Of a stretch of 64,000 nucleotides of DNA, positions 41,241-54,473 are shown one piece after another; position 1 is the first letter of the stretch; each line of letters opens with the position of its first letter. The position numbers and the translations under genes are program-made. Under the pieces are notes generated by a model. It was not told the DNA's origin. It saw only the letters and a program-made list of their open reading frames with translations, and did not search any database. The stretch is from the human T2T-CHM13v2.0 reference genome, Homo sapiens: assembly GCF_009914755.1 (NCBI RefSeq), contig NC_060940.1, one strand, 5' to 3'.

Positions 41241-43789
41241 AACATTTGCCTATTTTTTAAAAAGACAGCACTTATTACTGAGGAATCAGTAAGGTTTATT
41301 CTTCCATGTACTGGGAACTTGCAGCGGAATGGTTACAGTCAGAATCTCTATTTCACGGGCCTCTCCAAGTCTTATATTCACTACTTTGTGAGTAGTTAGG
41401 GAATCCTGGAAGACCCACCCAATTCACATAAAGGAAGGGTGGGCCTGAATCTTATCAGACCATAGAAATAATATCCAACTTAGGCCATCTTTTACTTTGA
41501 TAGAATTAAAACAACTTCAAAATAAAATCTATGCTTAAAATCCTATCGTCTATTGAGTTTAAAGACCTGTCAGAGCCTAAACCTTATGTCCACCCCAGAT
41601 CCAGGGCTGGTTTACAGAGAGCAATAGCACTCTCTTTAGGAAATTCCCCAAAGGCTTAAGGAGAATTCAGAAAGGATGATCTCTGGAGAGGGACTGGCAG
41701 GAGGAGGGTGATGAGGAAGTTAAAACCCCGCTGATAGGAGCAGCAAATGTAGCCATTTCTCCTGTGTTGTTGAGCTGGAAGGGGAGAAATTAGGTCAACT
41801 CTTAGATTTGAAACTCTCCCTAAGAGGAGGGACTGCTGTCCCTAGAGTGGTCCATGTGCGGCTTTAGAATCCCGTGCTAGTAAGACTGATTTCCTTTACC
41901 AAATTCCTGCTGCAATGCCATCCATCTGTTTTAAAGTTGTATATCCTTTATCTTAGCCTTCAATAAACAGTCACACACACGCACGCACACACACATGCAC
42001 ACACACACACAATTGCTCAATACATACAAGGCTAGTGAGGTATTTTCTGTGTAGGTTTTAATTCTTGGGACTCGGCTAGTATCTCTTAATAGCTTCAGGG
42101 CTTGGCACATATTGGGTGCTCAAAAAATGATGCAGGTTGAAGGAATATTGACATCATTTATAGTCAAGAGTTACTAAATTAATGGGATTCCAGCTAAGAA
42201 TATTGGGAGTGAAGCTGAAAGCACTGAGTGGATCTCATGTAGGTTAGTCTTCATCGGGCCTCAGTTTACCCAGTTGTGAAATATACACACACACAGATAC
42301 ACAGGTAGATAAAGAGATCGATAGATACTAGGTAGGAAGATAGACAGATAGAGACAGGCAGACAGGCAGGTGGTAGGTATTATGTAAGTATGGGTAGGTA
42401 GACTAGATATGTATGTTTCTCCTTCAGAGTGTTCTTTTAAGGCAGTAAGAAAATAAGGCAATAAAGGCCCTAGGATAATGCACGTCAGACGCACATGTGT
42501 TTGCTCAATCTGAATCTGCCCGTCTTGCTTGTCTTGTTTCTTCTGCTGCATCTCCTTCTCCTGCCTGCCTCCCACCTGAAGGAAGTGAGGTGCTGCCAGG
42601 ATGGGAACAGCCAGGACCCAGCCACTTTCTCTGGAATCCTGTGAAGGGAATGAACAGACTTAGAACTTTGGCGGCTGCAGCGACTTCTATGCCAAAAAGC
42701 TGCTTTTTAAAAAAAAGCATTGAAGATTCATTGTAAGATACTAAATCCGGATGCAACAGCAGGCATCACAACCTGCTTCTCTCTCTTCCCCCTTCCCCCT
42801 TCCCTCTGTAGGAGTCCCCGGTCCTGACAACAGATGTCCCTTCCATCAGCCTGCAGCAGACGCCCAGTAGCACCTTGACACAGAGCAACAGCCTGCTAGA
42901 TTTCAGGGTCATCTTAAAAGAAAAAGAAATGCAACCACTGTTTAAATTGGAGAAGAAAATATTGTGTAAACAGAGACCATTTGGTGAGACCTCCCTTTGC
43001 AAAGGTTCACCATGCAAGCAAACAGAAGAGAAACCTTGTGTTCCCTCCAGCAGCTAAACTCCTTGTGAGTAATTTTTTAAGGAGCAAATGTAATTCGGAC
43101 TGTCAACTAACCTAAAAACTGGTTAGGAATCAAGAGAAACAGATTGCCCTCGTTAACCTGTAGTCATTGCTGAATCCCTGCTGCGTTCCTCACAGGGAAA
43201 GTGGGGCTGAAATGGTTAATAAACACGGCATCTTCTCTGTAAGAGAAAACCAGATTAAAAGATTTCTAGGTAGGGAGGTTCCCTGGTAGGATGATGCTTC
43301 TAGGGTTTCTTTGTCTGTGTCACAGCCATTAAAAATCCCTGTAGCATTTAAGTGCTTGTGTATATGTGTGTCTGTGTGCATGTGTGTGTACCGTGTGTGT
43401 GCCTATGCATTTACCTTTTCTGCCCTACCTTTGGAATCTTGATTTTGTTAAATGGTATTTAATGTAAGAATGATAGCAGTAATTACCAAAGGATCCTGGG
43501 GTACCAGGAAGGAGCTCAATGAGAAATGGTTTCAGAGGCAGCCATCTGCTACTCGGGAGTGGGAGGGGTTGGCATCCAAGTCATAGCCTCAGGGACCAGG
43601 CTGGCGATTTGCTCTCCGTGGAGAAACAGCATTGGTGGTGTGGGTTCACAGCTTCCCCTAGAGGAAGAGAGAGTCTGGAAAGTCTGTTAAATAATATCAC
43701 TTTCTCCGCAAGCAAAGGACAGGTTGTGACGACTTTCCCCATGTAGGGAGTGGGAATGGTCAAAGAGGGTTCAGGGGCTTAGGAAGCAG

Positions 43790-44400
43790 ACTGGTGCTGA
43801 AGGAAGACCCCTCAGGTTCAGATCCAAGTTTTGCCACATGTAAACATTGTAGCTTTGGGCATGTTATTTGACCTCTTTTTGATTTTTTTTCGAATGCAAA
43901 CTAGGTGAATACTGTGTACAAGTCTCACAAGTAGTGCAGGGAGGGATCAGGAGTTCAGTTGCTTACCCCAGTCTAGTTGTGGGAGCTTGGACAGACATCA
44001 AATGTCTGCAAAACCCACCATTCAGCCACAGAGGGAGAGGCAGCACTGCTGACATTTATTGAGTCATCATCTGTTCCAAGCCTAGTATCAATTCATATGA
44101 TCCTCCCAGAAACTCTATCAGTAGGTGGTGATATTAACCAGATGGGAAAAGTAAGACACAGAATAACTTATCCCTGGGAGTAGTTGGCATTTATTAAATT
44201 ATGGACTCTGTGCTAGGGCATTTACATGTGTTGTTTAGGTCTTAGAACACCTCTGTTGCTATCCTACTATAACCATATTGTTATCTTAGTTTTAGAGATG
44301 AAGAAAATAAGGCTCAGAGAGGTTAAGTAACTTGGCCAAGATGCACAGGACCAGGGATCAGATCTGAAGCTTCAGGTCATCCTGGAGTGTTCATCTCTAT
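43790..44400. mobile_element. Cluster of MIR fragments (one plus, two minus)
   Basis: ggttcagatccaag..gctttgggcatgttatttgacctc; ttttagagatgaagaaaataaggctcagagaggttaagtaacttg. Confidence 0.65.
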
Positions 44401-44459
44401 CTCTGAGATATTCACAGGTTGAAGTCATAGGACACCGAACCTTCTGTTGTCTCACTCAG

Positions 44460-45300
44460 CGCCATCATTCATCCACTTATGCATCCATTCCTCCATCCAT
44501 CTATCCACCCTTCATTCATCCACCCATTCATCTACTCATCCATCCATCTATCCATCATTTGCCCATCCATCCATCCACCCATCCATCCATCCATCCAACC
44601 ATCCATCCATCCATCCATCTATCCCCTATCTATCCATCCATATATCCCCTTTCTAGGTGCTGTGGATACAACAGTGAATAAAACAAATAAAATTACCTGC
44701 TGTCTTGGAACTTATAGTTAAGGATGGATGGACAATACCTAAGATAAAATAAGTAAAATGTCAACTATGTTACACAGTCAGGAGTGTTAGGGAGTAAAAA
44801 AAAAGCTCCCTCACTAAGAAGTGACATCTGCATAAAGATTTAAGAGGCCAGGGAGTGAATCAAATAGTTGTCCTTAGGAAAAACTGTATAGACAGAAGGA
44901 ACAGCAAATGGGAAGTCCCTGAGATGGAAGCTTCAGAAGAGAAAAGTAGCTAATGTAGACATAGTGAAATGAGCAAGTGGCAGGGTGTCAGGTGGGAGCA
45001 TGTCTTTTGGACCATTGTGAGACTTTTTAGTCCGAGATGGAAAGGTATTCGAAGACATTAAGTAGAGATGTTACATCATCTGACTTGGTTTTAATAGGAT
45101 CGCTTAGTTTTAACCAAGCAAATTGAAGAGAAACTGGTACAGAAACAGGGATACCAGTAGGAAACTCTTGCAATAGTTCAGGCAAGAGAGGATGATGGCC
45201 CAAGGACCAAGATGGTAGTGGTGTAGGTGGGAAGGAGTGCTGAGATTCCAGATGTATTTTAAGGTAGAGGAAAACAGGATGTACGGCACATGAGAGAGAT
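44460..45300 (-). mobile_element. L2 LINE whose tail has expanded into (CCAT)n (44460-44645)
   Basis: ctaggtgctgtggatacaacagtgaataaaaca..gagattccagatgtattttaaggtagag. Confidence 0.8.
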
Positions 45301-45461
45301 GATGCCTGTTCCAATCTATCCTGATCCACAAAGAAAGGAGACAAATGCTCTAGATCTTGGACTCTAGTTGTTTAATAGGATATTCCCTGGAGTAGCAATA
45401 AGCAGAGGAAATCAAATCACATGGGTAGAATACATTGGGTAGAATACATTGCCCAAGAGTA

Positions 45462-45850
45462 TGTTAGTTTGGATCTTCCAAGATGCAGAAGCAGATGACA
45501 ATACAGGATGAGACATACAAGAGTTTTTGGAGGAAAGCCTGTGAAGGAAAAAGGCAGCGGGGTGATGGAGGTGGCAGGGACAGTCTTCAAGTTGCAACAC
45601 AGGTCTGACACCTGCAAGAGAGAGGGCAAAGGAAGGCAGGTTTTGTAGGAAGGGTTGCAGACACAATTCTAAAAAAGGTTTTGCCAGGCCAGTGGAGAGT
45701 CCTTAAGCCAGAGCTGCCCATCATTATTCTTCTAGGTGCAGCAGATCTGAGAGGCATATTTTTGTGGTTGCCACAGAGAAGGTGCACAAGGTCTAAATCA
45801 GAGAAGGCAAATCAACATTGGTGTGGAAAAATTACAGCCACATGTCAGGA
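45462..45850 (-). mobile_element. ERVL (LTR16-like) LTR remnant
   Basis: Reverse complement ends ..ctgcttctgc..gatccaaactaaca; cacaggtctgacacctg. Confidence 0.5.
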
Positions 45851-45899
45851 GTTTGATAGATTCAGGAGAGAGGTTGGATGACAGGAGCAAGGAAGGATA

Positions 45900-46130
45900 A
45901 TAAAAAATAATAACATATATAGTGCTTATGATGGTGAACCCGGTACTTGTACGTATGTGTATTACCTTATTTAATCCTTACAATAACCTTATAAAGTAGC
46001 AACTATTATTTGTCACATTTTTCAAAAAAAGAAAACTGAAGTACAGAGAGATTAATTAACACAAATAATAACTCCTGGATTCAGACTCAGGCAGTGGACC
46101 TCCAGAACCTGTCCCCTCACACATTATGTT
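45900..46130 (-). mobile_element. MIR SINE
   Basis: ttatttaatccttacaataacc..gaaaactgaagtacagagagatta..ggattcagactcaggcag. Confidence 0.72.
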
Positions 46131-46719
46131 AACAGCTCAGGTAGCTATCTTTCTATCTTACTGGGTACTCTCAAGCAGTGCATGGGTGGATTTTTTGGGT
46201 AAAGGTCCTGGATCAGGCTAGACAATTGTCAGAATGCCATTTTCTACTGAAAACTCTTCACCGGCAACATGAAGACAAGGTGATTTTTCACTCTACTGTA
46301 TGGGAACAAGAATATGAGGCTGTAGTCCCTATCTTTGAGGGGCTCAAAGTGTAATGGTGATGGAGGGTAGTGGCTGGGTATAGGTCCAGTTTGCCCTAAC
46401 CTAATTCCAGCTCCTGATACAACCACTTAGCCATGTAGGGGGAGGACCCCTATCTTACCTTCCACTTTGTTTGCGGGACTTTCCCATATTGGTGCTAAAT
46501 CAATGTCTGCTGAATAAATTATTTAAAAAGTGACTGAATAAATAGGTGCATGCAAGCTGTCTCTCAAATCCCAGAGCGTGGTCAGCTTATGTGCTTATAC
46601 TGATGAGAAGTGGTTTTGCTGAAATTATCCCTCCACCTTAAGGGCTACTGACAGAAAGAAATGGCTTTGTCACACCAGTGTGTTCACTTAGTCTGCTGGA
46701 GTGGTTGTGGCTACTCGTG

Positions 46720-47245
46720 ATTCTCTGTTTTTTTCAGAGCATAACACACCACCCTGAACTTCGTGGCTTATAATGATAACCATTTTATAATTTTGCATGA
46801 TTCTGTGCTGGTTGGGTGGTTCTTCTGTTTGTGGGCAGACTCAGCTGATCTCTGCAGTCAGCTGCCAAGGAGCAGGGGCTTCTGTTCTAGGATGGTCCCA
46901 TTCATGTTTGGCAGTTAGATCAGTGTCACCTGAGGTAGTAAGCAGAGCTCGCCCATGTGTCTCTCAGTGTCTAGCAGGCTTCATTAGCCTGAGTGTTCAC
47001 AACAGTGGCTGTAAGTTTCCCAAGGCAACAAAAGAGCTAGCCCTAAAATGCAAGCACTTTTCAGCTTCTGCTGGATTCACATTGCTCATGCACCATCGAC
47101 CAAAGCAAGTCACATAGACAAGGCTAGATTCAAAGAGTAGATGAATAAAATCTACCACTTGATGGGAAGAACTACAAAAGCATATGTTAAAGGATGCATC
47201 TATAAGAGTAAGAGACATTGTGGTCATTTCTGCAACATACTACAA
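46720..47245 (-). mobile_element. MLT1-type LTR
   Basis: gcataacacaccaccctgaacttcgtggctta..caaagcaagtcacat..gtggtcatttctgcaacatactaca. Confidence 0.7.
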
Positions 47246-47519
47246 GCTTCTCTGTGGGTCTAGCTATTTCAAGGAGTTTTGTTTTGTTTTGTTTTGTTTT
47301 GTTTCGTTTTGCCAGAAATATCTCCTGTGGCTGGGCACTCTTTCTCATCTTTCTCATGTAATCTCAGTTGAAGTCTCTGGCTTTGCCCACTTCTGCCCTG
47401 ATGTTCCTATTTCATCCAGTTCTTAAATATGTTGACATTGGCTCAGAATGCACTGGCTGTGCACCTAGATTTGGCTTTTGTGGAGTTCTAACTGTTCCCA
47501 TGTAGACCATTGCTTCAGC

Positions 47520-47862
47520 TTTCTTTCTTTCTTTCTTCCATCTGTCCATCCACCCATCACCCACACACACATTCACCCACCCATCTATCCATCCACCTAC
47601 TCATTAGGCCATCTGTCCATCCATCCACCTATCCATCCAGCTAGCAAGCCATCCATCCATCCATTTGTCCATCCATCCATCCATCCATCCATCCATCCAT
47701 CCATCCATCCTTCCTTCCTTCCTTTCATCCATCTATCCATCCATCCACCTAGCAAGCCATCCAGTCATCCATCCATCCATCCATCCATCCATCCATCCAT
47801 CCATCCACCCATCCATCCATTAATCCATCCATCCATCCACCCATCCATTTACCCACCCATCC

Positions 47863-47914
<52 letters not shown>

Positions 47915-48240
47915 GTCTATCTATCTATCTTTCTCTATCTATCTGTCTATACATCCATCCACCCATTTGTCCATCCATCCATTCATCCATCCATCCATCC
48001 ACCCATCAATCTACCCACCCATCCATTCATCCATCCATCCATCCGTCCGTCCATCCATCCATCCATCCATCCATCCATCCATCCATCCATCCATCCATCT
48101 GTCCATCTATCCATCCATCCAGCTAGCAAGCCATCCAGTCATCCATCTGTTCACCCATTAATCCATCCATTCTTTCATCCATCCATTCATCTACCCACCT
48201 ATTCTTCCATCCATCCATCCATCCATCTATCCTGCCCTAC
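47520..48240 (+). repeat. Compound (CCAT)n/(CTAT)n tetranucleotide repeat, ~700 bp
   Basis: Direct reading. Confidence 0.95.
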
Positions 48241-49169
48241 ATCCAGCCTTATACCTGTTTAGTACAATTGTTTCCTCTTTAAGGGTCATGTGGACATCTC
48301 TTTAAAAGCCAGGTTTGACAGTGGGGACCAACACGTACAATAGTAGCCAGCCCAAGTGAAGCAATATGGGAACATCAAGGAGGAAAAGTGAATTATACCC
48401 TTATCAAACACTCTCATCGCACCTCACGCTTTCCTCTTCCAAACACTCATCTATCCATATGTTTTAATTCCCCTGTCCTCTCTGCTTTACCAGTATTTCT
48501 TTGAACACAAAGGGCATATTGTCTAATTTACTGTTGTATCCTTACCCCTAGTACAAAGTCTGCATAAAGAACACATTTTGTAAATATTTGTTGAATTGAG
48601 TTGAATTGAAAACTACAGAAAAAAAAAAGATGACATTTGATCTGGGCTCCAAACAATAGCAAATAACATTTAGTCCACAGCAACAGTGTGAGTAGAGTAG
48701 CTGGGGTTATTCTCATTTTCTAAGTGAAGAAACAGGTCCAGAGGGGTTAAGTGGTTTGCTCCAAATCACACAGATGGTAAAGGGATGGAGCCAGGCTTCT
48801 AATCCTGGAGCCTGCATGAATTCCACTGACAAATTACCATTGGATGCAGGAAAAAAACAGAGAAAGACTCATGGCCTCTTCTACTGATGACTTTCCCATG
48901 ACATTTAACAGGCACTTTCCACATATTTGAATCCCACCCATCCATCAATTTTTCCATCCACCAACTTATCCATACATCAACTCATCCAGCTATCCATCTG
49001 TTTACCTATCCACTCTTCCATCCATTCATTCATCCATCCGTCTATCCTTCCATCCAGAAAATGTTTAATGAGCCTCTGACTTCTGTTTATTCATAGATTG
49101 TTCCAAGTAGCTAGAAATGTGGCTGGCATATAGTAGATACTCAATTAATATTTGTCCCAGACAGTTGGA

Positions 49170-49450
49170 AAGTAGCATAAGTACAGTGATACCGAGAGCA
49201 TGGACTCTGGAGCCATGTAGTTTTGGATTCAAATCCTGGCTCCACCATATACTAGCTGTGTGGCCTTGTTCAAGTTAGTTAGCCTGTGCTTCAATTTACT
49301 TATCTGTACATGGGATTAATAATAGTGCCTACCTCTTGGGATTATTAAAAGAATTAAACACAATTGCACACACATACCTACACACGCATGTTTAGAATAT
49401 TGCCTTGCCCGTTGTAGTTCCTTTGTAGTGTTACTGGTTTATTATCACTG
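49170..49450 (+). mobile_element. MIR SINE, near full length
   Basis: gagagcatggactctggagcc..ggattcaaatcctggctccacc..ctagctgtgtggccttg. Confidence 0.85.
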
Positions 49451-49863
49451 AATAAATGGGATACAATGTTGATCCCTAAAGACAAGGTCACTGCTCTCAC
49501 AGAGGCTATATTTTAGGGTATTAGACAGATAATTAACAGCTGAACAACCAGATAACCAAGACAAGTCCAGATAAGCAAACTTTTCTATCGTTTCAGCTTT
49601 ATCTGAAATTGTTCCCTTGTTCCTGTTACTTGTATACCTGGATGTGAGCCCGGTGGTACTAGGAGCCCTGCTACTCTTTTACTTGGTCCCATTTGAGGAG
49701 GGAAGGAGCAGTGCTTTTTCTGTGTGGCACTGGTCATTCGCGGCACTGATGAGAATGCCAAACAGTCTATTCATGTCCATGTGCTCATGTGGCTGGTCCA
49801 GGCTGCAAGTCTGTGCTGACTCTGTAGACCTCATTTCCTTCCAAGACACAGACAGATGCACCT

Positions 49864-49969
49864 ACATTCCCTGTGTGAAATGCGTAGAATGAATTTCTAG
49901 CAATCCCTGGTCCATCACATTCCCTGTGTGAAATGAGTAGAATCAATTTCTAGCAATCCCTGGTCCATC
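49864..49969 (+). repeat. 53-bp tandem duplication
   Basis: acattccctgtgtgaaatg(c/a)gtagaat(g/c)aatttctagcaatccctggtccatc twice, with 2 mismatches. Confidence 0.95.
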
Positions 49970-50074
49970 TTGCCCCTTGATATCTGTCACACCTGTTAAG
50001 TCCAATATGAGGTTCAGGGTCCTAGGCACGTTAAGCTGTGCCTTCAAATTTCAATTCTGTTTCCCACCCTTAGG

Positions 50075-50330
50075 AAAGATCTGGAGTCCAGAAGTGGGAA
50101 TTTCCAGTAGCCCTAAGTGTAATTCAATTGCAAATACCTGAGGCTGGGAGACTTGGCCATGGGTCATACAGTCTGTGAAGATTATTGCCAGGTGTGTGAT
50201 CCAGAAACCCAAGGACCATGGGCTCCTCCAGCTGAGGGCAATAATTCTTGCCCCTGATTCCCTGCTTCCCACCAGATTGATGGATACAGATAAAATGCCC
50301 AACAATAGGTATATTAGGATCTGAGGCCAT
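50075..50330 (+). mobile_element. Possible CR1/L3 RT remnant
   Basis: DLES..FNCKYLRLG (~FNKDKCKVLHLG) and KDHGLL (~KDLGVL). Confidence 0.35.
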
Positions 50331-50619
50331 AACTCAGGCAAGGCTGCTTCTCTTGGGCTAATGTTCCCTTTTTCTTACAAAGATTTCTGGAACATAGACT
50401 CAGAAAACCAAGGAATTTCAGAATTGGAAGGAACATAACCTCCACGATGATGCCCAAACCCAATTTGACCTAAAGTTCCTTCCAGTGAGACCTCCACCAG
50501 TCTCTTCATTCATTTCCCACTCATCAACTGCACTCAATTCTTGAGCATTCCCAGAATACAACCTGATCTTTTTGTCTCTGTGACTTCTGACATGCCAGTT
50601 TTGCAATCTGGACTGCTAT

Positions 50620-51160
50620 TTCAATTAAGAATCATTTTGTGGTAGGTGCCAGGAAATCCAATTTCACACTGGCTTAAGCAAAATAAAATATAACTATTGA
50701 CTCACATAATGAAGGTCCATGGGTAGGTATGGCCTCAGGTATGGCTGGATTCAGGGCATAAATAATGCCAACAGGATCCAGCCTTTGGCATGCTTCTTAT
50801 GAGTGGCACCATTCCCAGGATCTGCTGTTGTTCTTGGCTGTTTCAAGTTTCTCTTATTAGGATTGCAAGATGGTTCTAGCAGCTGCAAGCCTCACATTCT
50901 TACAGCACTGAATTCAGTGGAATTCATACTCCTCTTTCATAAAACCCAAGCAACTGTCCCCTCATCTCTTATTGGTTCTAATTAGTCAAGAAAATGGAAT
51001 ATGTGGACTGACCGAAACCCTCTGGAGCTGGGGGTAGGGTCATCCCACTCAATCAACAGTGCTGGGAATGGAGGGGTGGTCTCGTAAAGGAAATTTTTTA
51101 CTTTTGTTAGAAAGAGGAAGGATGAACCCTGGGCTGGAGACTACATATTTTTGCCATGCT
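50620..51160 (-). mobile_element. Old MLT1 (K/L-type) LTR
   Basis: cactggcttaagcaaa..tattgactcacataa..caggtatggctggattcaggg. Confidence 0.65.
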
Positions 51161-51574
51161 TTTTCTGCCTGGAGAACTCTACTCATTATTGACGCTTCAG
51201 TTGTTCTCTCCTATCTCCTCTCCAAGCTGAGCTAATTCATTTAACCTCTGTGCTTCCATAGCTCTTCAGATTGAACTTCCTTGTATCATGTTTTGGTTGT
51301 TCCTTTACAGGTTTTTCTCCCCTACTAGGCTTTGAGACTCACCAGAAGAAAAACTGTGTCTTACTCATATCAGAAAACCCTAGCTACATGACTTTGTGCT
51401 AGGTATACAGTAAGTGTCAGTAAATGTTTATCGAATGAAAGGATGTCATCCTAGATGGGTCTTTAATTTTATTTCCTGCATCTTTCTTTGCTATTAAATT
51501 TTAAAATCCCTGCCTGACCATTCCTAGGGTAAGTTCATGCCCTAAATCCTAACATGGCTCCTCCTACTCAGTGA

Positions 51575-52162
51575 TTGTACTGGGTTGAAATGTGTCCCCC
51601 AGCCTGAAATTCATGTCTACCCAGAATCTGTGAATGTGAACTTATTTGGAAGTAAGGTCTTTTCAGATACAATAAAATTAAGATGATGTCATAATGAGTT
51701 AGATTTGCCCCTAAGTCCAATGACTGGTGTACTTATGAGGAAAGGGATTATTTGGGGACACAGGGACAGACACATAGCAAAGATTTTAGAAAGAGGAATC
51801 ATGTCACCCCAAGTCTTCTCTCTCTGTTAATCACTCCCAGTTTCTTCAACCACCAGAGGTGTCATTCAAAATCTCCATTACCTCTCTGGTTATATTTGTT
51901 TCATGATGCTCCAGAGTGCTAATATGACAACAGAGACAGAGATTGGCACGATGTACCTGCAAACCAAGGAATGCTGGCAGCCACCAGAAGCTAGAAATGG
52001 CAAGGGAGGATTCTTACCTAGAACCTTTGGAGGAAGCATAGCCCCTGCTGACACTTTGATTTCAGACTTCTAGCCCCCAGAGCTATGAGATAAGAAATGT
52101 CTATTGTTTTAAGCCACCCAGTTTGTGGTTTTTTGCTGCAGCAGCTCTAGGAAACAGATACC
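51575..52162 (+). mobile_element. MLT1C/B solo LTR carrying a foreign ~140-bp insert
   Basis: tgggttgaaatgtgtccccc..cttatttggaa..gccaccagaagctag..ttttaagccacccagtttgtgg..ctaggaaacagatac. Confidence 0.85.
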
Positions 52163-52429
52163 ATGATGATTCTTACTACAGAGAGTTCTTCCTTGTATAA
52201 CACTGTAGCTTGTCTTTGTTCACTGATTTCATCATTTCTTCAGCAGATATTTGCTAGACATTTACTGTGCGCTAAGCACTGGAGATGTGGTAATGATCAA
52301 AACAGTGTCCTATTATCTCAGGAGCTTCCAGTCTGGGTCAAAAGCAGTCAGGTAAACAGGCATTTCTTTGATTTGCCTTATGTAGGATGTGTCTCTGTGG
52401 AAGGAATCTGTCTTCCATAGAGCTTATAG

Positions 52430-52650
52430 GTTGTGGTTAAAGTGCTGAATCTGGAGTCAGACAGACCTAAACTCATGTCCTAGATCCACCATTCACCACC
52501 TAAATGAACTTTGGCAAATTGTCTTTTAACCTCACCAATTTCAGTTTCTTCATTTTAATTATGGATAACAATGGCATTGTGATGAGGACCAAATGAGATG
52601 ATGTATGCTACCTTTTCAGCCTATTGCCTGGTTCAAAGAAGTTACTGTTT
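52430..52650 (+). mobile_element. MIR SINE
   Basis: gtggttaaagtgctgaatctggagtcagacagacct..cagtttcttcatt. Confidence 0.75.
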
Positions 52651-52659
52651 TTTATAGCT

Positions 52660-53270
52660 TCTTAAGATTTTGGCAAGAGCGATCTTCCAGGTCTTCCAGT
52701 GACCCCCAGTCTTCTATGTTAATCATTCCCAGATTCTTTAACCACCAGGGGTGTAATTCTAAATTCCCATCACTTCTCTCATTACGTTTGTTTAATGATG
52801 CTCAGAAGTGCTAGTATCTATCAGAATGGTACCCAAACTTACAATGAAAAGCAAAGCAGAACAGAAATCTCACCTCCATTGCTCTAGAATTCTACTTCAA
52901 CTAACACAACCAAAAATGGTCCAGCTGTCTTTGAAAGCCACGTCACGCTATGGACTAGTATTGAGCTTGTAGGGAATGAAAACAAGCCAGGTGCATTTGC
53001 ACCTGCTTCCCCATTAAGGACTTGTCCAGATGGTTGTTGGGACCCAAGGGCAGGACCTTGTGTTTATCTCTGTTAAATTTCATGTTATGTAATTCAGCCT
53101 TCCACACCAGCTGCTGGAGGTCTTCTGGGATACTGATTCCATTATGTAGCATATTGCCTACAAGATAAAGTCCCAACTTTGTATTGCACACAGATTTTTA
53201 TCAACCTTTATTCAAACCTTCGATAAAAATACCAGATATCGGGCCAAGGGCTGAGATTTCCCTCTCTTTT
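52660..53270 (-). mobile_element. CR1/L3 LINE RT remnant
   Basis: ORF NTKLG..IPEDLQQLVWKAELHNMKFNRDKHKVLPLGPNN matches CR1 DDTKLG..IQKDLDRLEKWAE.NRMKFNKDKCKVLHLGRNN. Confidence 0.8.
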
Positions 53271-53706
53271 GGTTAAAGTGGTAAACAGTATCTTATGGTT
53301 CCTGGTAGTGGGCTCTCAGAAGGGCTAAAGGAAGCTCTGTGCTCTGTCTGCTTCAGGAAAAAACAGTTTCCTATGCCTCTTTCTCATAGCTGGTACTCAG
53401 AAAAACTCCAGGCAGCTGGAAGAAATTAGGGTGTCACTGACTGAAGCATCTGAGCCAAATTCCCTAGGGTTAACTCTAACACACTGCACATAGCAGACCT
53501 TTAGAGGTCCATTTAATTCTGAATGATTCCAGTACTTCTTATAAATCTGATATACGTTTGGATGAGCAATGAACCCACAATTTAGGAGGCTTTTGGAAAA
53601 TAATATTCATAGCTATAATTGCTCACCTTTACTGAGCAATTGCTTTGGGTAGAAAGAATGCACTGTCTCACTTAATCCTTTCAACAAAAATTTTGATGTT
53701 GGCCAC

Positions 53707-54061
53707 TGTATTAGTCCGTTTTCATGTTGGTGATACAGACGTACTCAAGACTGGGCAATTTACAAAAGAAAGGGGTTTATTGGACTTAAAGTTCCACGTG
53801 GCAGGGGAGGTCACACATCATGGCAGAAGGTGAAAGGCACGTCTCGCATGGCAGCAGACAAGAGAAGAGAGCTTGTGCAGGGAAATTCCCGTTTTTAAAA
53901 CCATCAGATCTCCTGAGACTTATTCACTGTCAGGAGAACAGCATGGGAAAGACCCACCCCCATGATTCAGTCATCTCACACTGGGTCGCTCCCACAACAT
54001 GTGGGAATTATGGGAGCTACAAGATTAGATTTGGGTGAGGACACAGAGACTAACCATATCA
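53707..54061 (-). mobile_element. THE1 (THE1A-like) solo LTR
   Basis: tgtattagtccgttttcatg..accatatca; TSD-like gccac/ggcac. Confidence 0.9.
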
Positions 54062-54117
54062 GGCACTATTAGCTAGATGAGGAAACTGAACCTAAGGAAG
54101 AATAAGTCTAAGGGTGA

Positions 54118-54473
54118 TGTATTAGTCTCTTCTCAAGTTGCTAATAAACACATACCCAAGACTGGGTAATTTATAAAAGAAAGAGGTTTAATGGATTCAC
54201 AGTTCCACATGGCTGGGGAGGCCTCACAATCATGGCGGAAGGCAAAGGAGAAGCAAAGGCACATCTTACATCACAGCAGGCAGGAGAGCTTGTGCAGCGA
54301 AACTCCCATTTATAAAGCGATCAGATCTTGTGAGACTTATTCACTACCACGAGAACAGTATGGGGGAACTGCCCCCCATGATTCAATTATCTCCACCTGG
54401 CCCCACCCTTGACATGTGGGGATTATTACAATTCACGGTGAGATTTGGATGGGGACGCAGCCAAACCAGATTA
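54118..54473 (-). mobile_element. THE1 (B/C-like) solo LTR
   Basis: tgtattagtctcttctc..gctggggaggcctcacaatcatggcggaagg..cagccaaacca. Confidence 0.9.

Noticed and set aside
47478-48161. Longest ORF in the window (227 aa, PSIH repeats)
   Set aside because: Product of the (CCAT)n repeat
53707-54473. Two THE1 LTRs as the ends of one deleted provirus
   Set aside because: The spacer is MIR sequence, the LTRs differ in subfamily features, and each has its own TSD-like flanks
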